Of a DNA stretch of 32,000 bases, positions 27,163 to 32,000 are shown piece after piece. Source of the DNA: an uncultured delta proteobacterium (GTDB taxonomy: Bacteria > Desulfobacterota > Syntrophorhabdia > Syntrophorhabdales > WCHB1-27). Below the pieces are notes generated by a model. The model was given only the letters and a program-made list of their open reading frames with translations, had not been told where the DNA came from and did no database searches. A program made the position numbers and the translations under genes. Location: the NCBI GenBank assembly GCA_963816715.1, contig CAWFMJ010000027.1, positions 43,173-75,172 on the forward strand, written 5' to 3'. Positions within the stretch are counted from its first letter, which is position 1. Each line of letters starts with the position of its first letter.

Positions 27163-27205
27163 TGGCGTGCGAAATCCATACTCTTGACATGGATTTCGCA
27201 CGCCA
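27163..27205. repeat. 17-bp perfect inverted repeat (9-nt loop) between the PocR-LuxR gene and kaiC1
   Basis: TGGCGTGCGAAATCCAT (27163-27179), ACTCTTGAC, ATGGATTTCGCACGCCA (27189-27205). Confidence 0.85.
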
Positions 27206-27292
27206 TGGCTTCCTACTAGATCATCCTCGTAATCACCATTGTACAGCCTCAATAGAGACGAGTCAATAGGATAATAAGGACAAACAGGATTT

Positions 27293-28252
27293 TCAGGTTA
27301 TGGATATGAGGTGGCTGCGCAGATTTGTCTTGTGGTCAAGGACCAATTTCTTTCGGATGTTGTAACGGTGATACTCTACCGCTCTCAGGGATACGCCCAA
27401 AAGCTCTGCAATCTCGGCGGTAGCCCGGCCCTCCTTCAACAGCAAGGCCACCGCGAGCTCCCTTGCCGTAAGGCCAAGGGTCTGCATCTTTCGCATGACG
27501 GGGGACATTATATCCTTCAGACCGGACTCGAGCATGTCGACGGCGCTCGCCTGCTCGCGAGACAGCCGGCTCTTCTTCAACTTCTCCAGATAGGGAAGGA
27601 CGCGTTCTTTCATATTGGCGGTGATATCTTCCTCGAGCTGGCTTCTTTCATTTTCCTTTTTTCCCGGGGCTGCTCGCGGCGGCGTACCGACCTTCTCCGG
27701 AAAGCGGGAGCCGATGGCCCGTCCCTTCTGAGGCGTCGCATCGGCGAGCCCTTGCACGACCGTGCCGCCCAGGTCGGCAAGAAGCGAGAAACATTGGAGA
27801 AATGCGCGGACTTTTGATTCATCCACTACGGCGGCCTTCGATAGCGCTTCGGCAAGGGCCGACTCGCTGAGGCCGAATCGCCCCTCCTTGTGTTTGAATG
27901 AACCCATATCGGGAGGATCCGTGAAAAACGGGCCGGCCACCAGGGCGCCGACGCGCTCCCCGAGGACGGCAACGGGCGCCGACGCACAGGCCAGGCCGTG
28001 CCCGCATTTTTCAATCGAGTACTTTGGGCGGGCTTTCTTCTTGAGGGCAACGCCCCCATCGCCTCGTTCGCACTTTTGCACCGCCTGCCGGTCCGGCCCG
28101 CAAAGGCGACGAATATCCGGCCCATCCGATTTCGCGAGGATCGAGCCCTCGGGGTCAACAATGGAAAGCGGAATGCCGGTCGCCTTATAGAAAGTGTTCG
28201 CGAACGTCTTTAGCCTGGCGGCGTCGACGAGGTGGGAAAGCTTGTGTTCCAT
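27293..28252 (-). CDS. PocR-like sensory domain protein with LuxR-type HTH output
   Basis: N-terminal FANTFYKATGIPLSIVDPEGSIL...KCGHGLACASAPVAVLGERVGALVAGPFF (PocR-like, Cys-rich); C-terminal LTARELAVALLLKEGRATAEIAELLGVSLRAVEYHRYNIRKKL (LuxR HTH). Confidence 0.9.
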   Translation of the reverse strand: MEHKLSHLVDAARLKTFANTFYKATGIPLSIVDPEGSILAKSDGPDIRRLCGPDRQAVQKCERGDGGVALKKKARPKYSIEKCGHGLACASAPVAVLGERVGALVAGPFFTDPPDMGSFKHKEGRFGLSESALAEALSKAAVVDESKVRAFLQCFSLLADLGGTVVQGLADATPQKGRAIGSRFPEKVGTPPRAAPGKKENERSQLEEDITANMKERVLPYLEKLKKSRLSREQASAVDMLESGLKDIMSPVMRKMQTLGLTARELAVALLLKEGRATAEIAELLGVSLRAVEYHRYNIRKKLVLDHKTNLRSHLISIT

Positions 28253-28354
28253 AGCAAAGGGTTCTCTGCCTCTTCCCTATAAGATTATCCTCATTGCGAG
28301 GCATTTTCCTTCTATAAATATACACTCATACTACTATGCTTTTACACGTATGTT

Positions 28355-29347
28355 TTATCGTATGGACGACAGGTGGGATCGCAGATTCATCTTCTTCCGG
28401 TTCAGTCCGAGTTTCTTTCTGATCTTGTATCGGTGGGTCTCGACCGCCCGTGGGGAAACGCCCAGCAATTCCGCGATCTGCTTCGTGGTTTTGCCGGCTT
28501 TCAAATAGGCCACGACTTCGATCTCCTTGGGAGTGAGATCGAAAGCTTGTATTCGCCTGATGATAGGCGACGTTATCTCCTTCAGGTTAGCCTCGATGAT
28601 CTCGACGCTGCTGGCCTGGGCAGTATCCAGCCGGCTCTTTTTCAACCTCTCCACGTAGGGGAGGATCAGCTCCTTCACGTTTGAAAGGATATTCTCTTCA
28701 AGCTCGCTCTTGTCCGCCTCCCTCTGCTTCAGCAGGACGCGGAGCGCCGTATTGGTCTCTTCGAGGGTCCGCGACTTTATATCGAGGGTTTCCTCTGCCC
28801 ATTTTCTCGCTGAAATGTCGGTCGCCACGATGCAACTGTTGCGCGCGTCGTGAAGCTCGCACCCGCCCGCAAGGTGGATATAAAGTTCTTTGCCGGACGC
28901 CGTCTTGAGAGGGATCTCCTGCAAGGATTTCTCTACGTGGCTTCGGTTTATAAACGCGGTAAAGGTGTCCCGACAGCCGGCGGGCACGAGGTCCAGGAAC
29001 GAGGAGCCGACGAGCTGTTCCATGGGAACGCCGATCATCTCTGAAAAAAAAGCGTTGCAGTACAAGATGATATACTCGCCGTTCAGGGTCACCGCGCCGG
29101 AGGCCATCGTCTCGACGATGCTGCGGTAAGGAAAATCAGGGCCCTCCAGGGTGTATACCTGAGGCCTTTCGCCCTCGATGACCAGTGCATCGACATCGCC
29201 GTTCCGGATCGCTCCGATGGTCTGCTCCGCCTCTTCGAGCCGCGCCCGTAACTCCTTATTCTGCTCCAGAAGACGTTCCAGGCCGACATCGCTGCTCGTC
29301 GTGGTCTCCTTATTCACCGCGCACCCCCCGCCGTCCTTGGCATGCAT
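28355..29347 (-). CDS. PAS-domain protein with LuxR-type HTH output
   Basis: PAS-like VETMASGAVTLNGEYIILYCNAFFSEMIGVPMEQLVGSSFLDLVPAG; HTH LTPKEIEVVAYLKAGKTTKQIAELLGVSPRAVETHRYKIRKKLGL. Confidence 0.9.
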   Translation of the reverse strand: MHAKDGGGCAVNKETTTSSDVGLERLLEQNKELRARLEEAEQTIGAIRNGDVDALVIEGERPQVYTLEGPDFPYRSIVETMASGAVTLNGEYIILYCNAFFSEMIGVPMEQLVGSSFLDLVPAGCRDTFTAFINRSHVEKSLQEIPLKTASGKELYIHLAGGCELHDARNSCIVATDISARKWAEETLDIKSRTLEETNTALRVLLKQREADKSELEENILSNVKELILPYVERLKKSRLDTAQASSVEIIEANLKEITSPIIRRIQAFDLTPKEIEVVAYLKAGKTTKQIAELLGVSPRAVETHRYKIRKKLGLNRKKMNLRSHLSSIR

Positions 29348-29710
29348 CTAAGCCAGATTATAGCATCATCTTTACCGGAACCGCCATGAAACCCCTAGGC
29401 CGGTGGGCGAAAACCGGGCCATTTCACTGCCCCTTGGAAAACGCGGCATTCACGCAGTCCGGTCACGGCGAAGGCGCCTTGATTCGTCCCCGCTGACGTT
29501 GGGCGCCGCTGCCCGCCGTGAAGGCCCTGCAATGGGCTTATCGGGATCGTCCCCTCGTGTTCCTTAAATGCGACCGCATTGACTATGATCTTGCCTTTCT
29601 TGCGCGGTCGGGCAGGGTTTGCTTCAATCACCCTGCCCTTTTTTGGACCCTGAGAACCTGTCGAGGCGTAAGTTTCGGTAATCATAGGGTAAACAGAGTC
29701 ATACTAATCA

Positions 29711-29740
29711 TAGACTTTCAGCTTAAAACTTGGTTATACT
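29711..29740 (+). promoter_or_regulatory. Candidate sigma-70-like promoter upstream of the secreted-protein gene
   Basis: TAGACT (29711-29716), 18-nt spacer, TATACT (29735-29740), about 78 nt upstream of the ATG at 29818. Confidence 0.3.
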
Positions 29741-29817
29741 CGTCTCGCTCGTGAGGAGCGCCCAAGGAAAGGGGCAGGGATGCAACGGCGGTCAACAAGA
29801 TTTTGGGAAGGTGATTT

Positions 29818-31359
29818 ATGAGAAAAATGGCGTTTGTTCTGATTTCGCTACTTTTGTCAGGCCTGGCCTGCAGCATTGGTCATGCCGCCCCGCCGGGCTA
29901 TTACGGCTCCTGCGTTGCAATGGACGCGCTGGCAAATCTCACGATCGGTCCTGACGGGCAGATAGACGTGAGGTTTCTGTGCGAGCACAGCGGAAGCATA
30001 GACAAGATCGTCCAGCAGTACCAGAACGTGACGCCCGGCTACATGGGCGGCACGGGCGGCCAGATTAAGTGGGAGCTGAGGACCGATGATGGAACCGCGA
30101 ACCATTTCCCTTCGACAAAGGTTTTATGGACGGCCACCGACACGAATCCGACGAAGACCGCGAGCGGCACGGTGATACAGTATTTCTCCGTCGCTCCCGC
30201 CGTTCCGGTAACGGCCGGCACACTCTATCACCTCGTCTACACCAACGTCGATCCCAACCCTACGGTCAACTACGTCTCCTTCGACGGCATTTATACGTCA
30301 AAGAACAGTTCTCCGGTCCAGCCGTGCTACAGCGATGACAACCTCATGACCCTCTGGAGCGGGCCGAACTGGCAAAAGAACCTGCACATCACGCCCGACT
30401 TCAACGTGCACTACACGGACGGCTACGCCCAGGGGACCGGCTATGTCGATTCTACGAGCATAAGCGGTCCCGCCACGGAGACTTTCACGGTAAGCGGCGG
30501 CAACAAGGTCGTCACCAGCGTTTCAGCGGCGGGCAGCAACCTTTCGTTTAAGTTGAGCGCCGGCGCAACTCTCCTGGCGTCCGGATCGGGTTCCGCAGCA
30601 GTCTATCCGGGATGGCAAACCTACCAGTTTCCCTCCCCCATAACGCTGACTAACGGGCAAACCTACAGTCTCGTCATCGGCGGGTCCGTTGGACGCGCGG
30701 TACAGAAGGGCAACCCCTACGGGATGTACACGTCCTTCCCCGACGGCCGCTATACCGGCAACAGCGCCTATGACCTACAGTTTTATTTCTCCATGAACCA
30801 GCTCCCCGCGCCGACGAATCTCGCCATTCTCTCAAGCACGAGCAGCCAGGCGACGCTTGGCTGGAGCGCGCCCACAGGCTTCGCTCCGTCGGGATACAAG
30901 ATCTACTGGGGGACGTCGAGCGGCAGCTACACCCAGAACGTCAACGCCGGCAATGTGACCCAATATACGGTGTCCGGCGTGACAGCCCCTTTATACTTCG
31001 TTGTGACCGCGTACGACAGCGCCGGCGACGAGAGCCCCTATTCCAACCAGGTCTCATGGACAACAACGTCGCCGTCTTCGGCATGCACGTATACGATATC
31101 GCCCACGAGCCAATCGTTCGGCTCGGGCGGCGGCAGCGGCAGCGTATCCGTTGTCGCGAACGGCAGCAGTTGCTCGTGGACCGTGTCCGGAATGCCCTCC
31201 TGGATTGCCGTCCTTTCGGGCAACAAGGGCGCCGGCAACGGAATTGTGACCTATTCGGTGACAAGTAACCGCACTGGAAGCTCAAGGACTGCCGGTTTGA
31301 CTATCGCCGGCCGGACGTTCACCATCGACCAATCAAGCTCGTACGGAGGCCGCTGGTAA
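29818..31359 (+). CDS. Secreted modular protein with beta-sandwich N-terminal regions, fibronectin type III domain and C-terminal BACON-like domain
   Basis: Signal peptide MRKMAFVLISLLLSGLACSIGHAA; FN3 APTNLAILSSTSSQATLGWSAPTG...YKIYWGTSSGSY; BACON-like CTYTISPTSQSFGSGGGSGSVSVVANGSSCSWTVSGMPSWIAV. Confidence 0.85.
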   Translation: MRKMAFVLISLLLSGLACSIGHAAPPGYYGSCVAMDALANLTIGPDGQIDVRFLCEHSGSIDKIVQQYQNVTPGYMGGTGGQIKWELRTDDGTANHFPSTKVLWTATDTNPTKTASGTVIQYFSVAPAVPVTAGTLYHLVYTNVDPNPTVNYVSFDGIYTSKNSSPVQPCYSDDNLMTLWSGPNWQKNLHITPDFNVHYTDGYAQGTGYVDSTSISGPATETFTVSGGNKVVTSVSAAGSNLSFKLSAGATLLASGSGSAAVYPGWQTYQFPSPITLTNGQTYSLVIGGSVGRAVQKGNPYGMYTSFPDGRYTGNSAYDLQFYFSMNQLPAPTNLAILSSTSSQATLGWSAPTGFAPSGYKIYWGTSSGSYTQNVNAGNVTQYTVSGVTAPLYFVVTAYDSAGDESPYSNQVSWTTTSPSSACTYTISPTSQSFGSGGGSGSVSVVANGSSCSWTVSGMPSWIAVLSGNKGAGNGIVTYSVTSNRTGSSRTAGLTIAGRTFTIDQSSSYGGRW

Positions 31360-31366
31360 GCTTCAA

Positions 31367-31397
31367 GGGTTCGGGGCAGGCATCCTGCCCCGAACCC
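31367..31397. terminator. 14-bp perfect hairpin between convergent genes, candidate bidirectional terminator
   Basis: GGGTTCGGGGCAGG (31367-31380), CAT, CCTGCCCCGAACCC (31384-31397). No strong T-tract on either side. Confidence 0.6.
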
Positions 31398-31411
31398 GAA
31401 AGAGAAAACGG

Positions 31412-32000
31412 TCAGGGTTGGGCCGCTTTTCTTACCCATAGACTGGTAGTGCCCGGGTGCCCCTTTAGCGTGGGGGCCGTTAGGAGCTTCGGCATCAATT
31501 CCCGAAGCATTCCCGAATGGTACAGTGCCATATAGGAGGTGAAATAGAGAATTTCGAATTCAACGCTGTTTTGCAAAAGAGCGCGTAAGAAATAGGTTTC
31601 ATTCCAGGCTCGTCCCAGCCGAAACCAGCTTGCCGGGTACTCGAAGGGCCATAAAACATCATGAAAATGAATTATGACTCCTTTCCTGAGAAGGGGAAGG
31701 ATATGGAAAATTATGTGCAGCACGTCGCTCCCGCACTTTGCCGTATGGCTGGAATCAACGAAGAGGATGTCGTTTGCCTCGAGGGAACCAAACATGTTTA
31801 GCTCTGTTTCTTGCACCGGCTTTGTTTCAAGCCTGATCCTGTTTTTGTCGCTGTCCGTCAAAAGGGCCCGCAGTCGGTCGGGAAAGGGTTCAATGAAGGT
31901 AAAGTCAATCGCACTGTTCAGGAACAGATCGTTTGTGTCGAGCATCAAGGCAGAGGAATAGCCGGAGCCTATTTCGATTATCCGCCTCGGAGCGAAGCTT
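31412..32000 (-). CDS. Class I SAM-dependent methyltransferase-like protein, partial (5' end beyond the window)
   Basis: The ORF track starts at 31948, but the same frame is open to the window edge and reads ...FAPRRIIEIGSGYSSALMLDTNDL, with motif I (EIGSGYSS), followed by DFTFIEPFPDRL and DILFVDSSH. Confidence 0.78.
   Translation of the reverse strand, partial: SFAPRRIIEIGSGYSSALMLDTNDLFLNSAIDFTFIEPFPDRLRALLTDSDKNRIRLETKPVQETELNMFGSLEANDILFVDSSHTAKCGSDVLHIIFHILPLLRKGVIIHFHDVLWPFEYPASWFRLGRAWNETYFLRALLQNSVEFEILYFTSYMALYHSGMLRELMPKLLTAPTLKGHPGTTSLWVRKAAQP

Noticed and set aside
25771-27269. Several ORFs (149, 133, 239 and 114 aa) antisense to kaiC1, mirrored by similar ones (273 and 156 aa) over kaiC2
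   Set aside because: They resemble each other only because kaiC1 and kaiC2 are paralogs on the other strand. No independent coding evidence.
29741-29795. Possible GEMM (cyclic dinucleotide) riboswitch: GGAAAGGGGCAGGGATGCAACGGCGG upstream of the secreted-protein gene
   Set aside because: Some resemblance to the 3' half of the GEMM-I core, but the hallmark GGCAAACC segment and a matching fold are missing. A cmsearch with the Rfam GEMM models over 29650-29820 would settle it.

Overview
GC-rich bacterial chromosomal window. The taxon cannot be proven from the sequence, but gene content (PocR-type sensors, transhydroxylase-like and 4-hydroxybutyryl-CoA dehydratase-like enzymes) suggests an anaerobe, possibly deltaproteobacterial in the broad sense. 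No RNA genes, CRISPR array, integrase or transposase were found. The most notable region is a leftward Kai cluster at about 21.6-27.0 kb. It reads kaiC1-kaiB1-kaiB2 then kaiC2-kaiB3-truncated kaiB4-pyruvate-kinase-C-like ORF. Genes within each unit are coupled by ATGA or longer overlaps, except across a 202-nt gap before kaiC2. Two adjacent sensor-LuxR regulators lie upstream and no kaiA is visible. The residual kaiB4 (22148..22291) is not in the ORF track. It resembles kaiB2, while kaiB1 resembles kaiB3, so the locus looks like a duplicated C-B-B triad with one decayed member. Other content: PocR/PAS hybrid histidine kinase, a pyrogallol-phloroglucinol transhydroxylase large-subunit-like molybdoenzyme without a neighbouring Fe-S subunit, two MBL-fold hydrolases, a 12-TPR OGT/SPINDLY-like glycosyltransferase, endonuclease IV, mannosyl-3-phosphoglycerate phosphatase, a BON/glycine-rich membrane protein, an SPFH protein, a bicupin, a PAC2-like protein, an AbfD-like dehydratase, a secreted FN3/BACON-like protein and a partial methyltransferase. 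Several strong hairpins and inverted repeats lie between genes. All family assignments come from reading motifs by eye; no database search was run.
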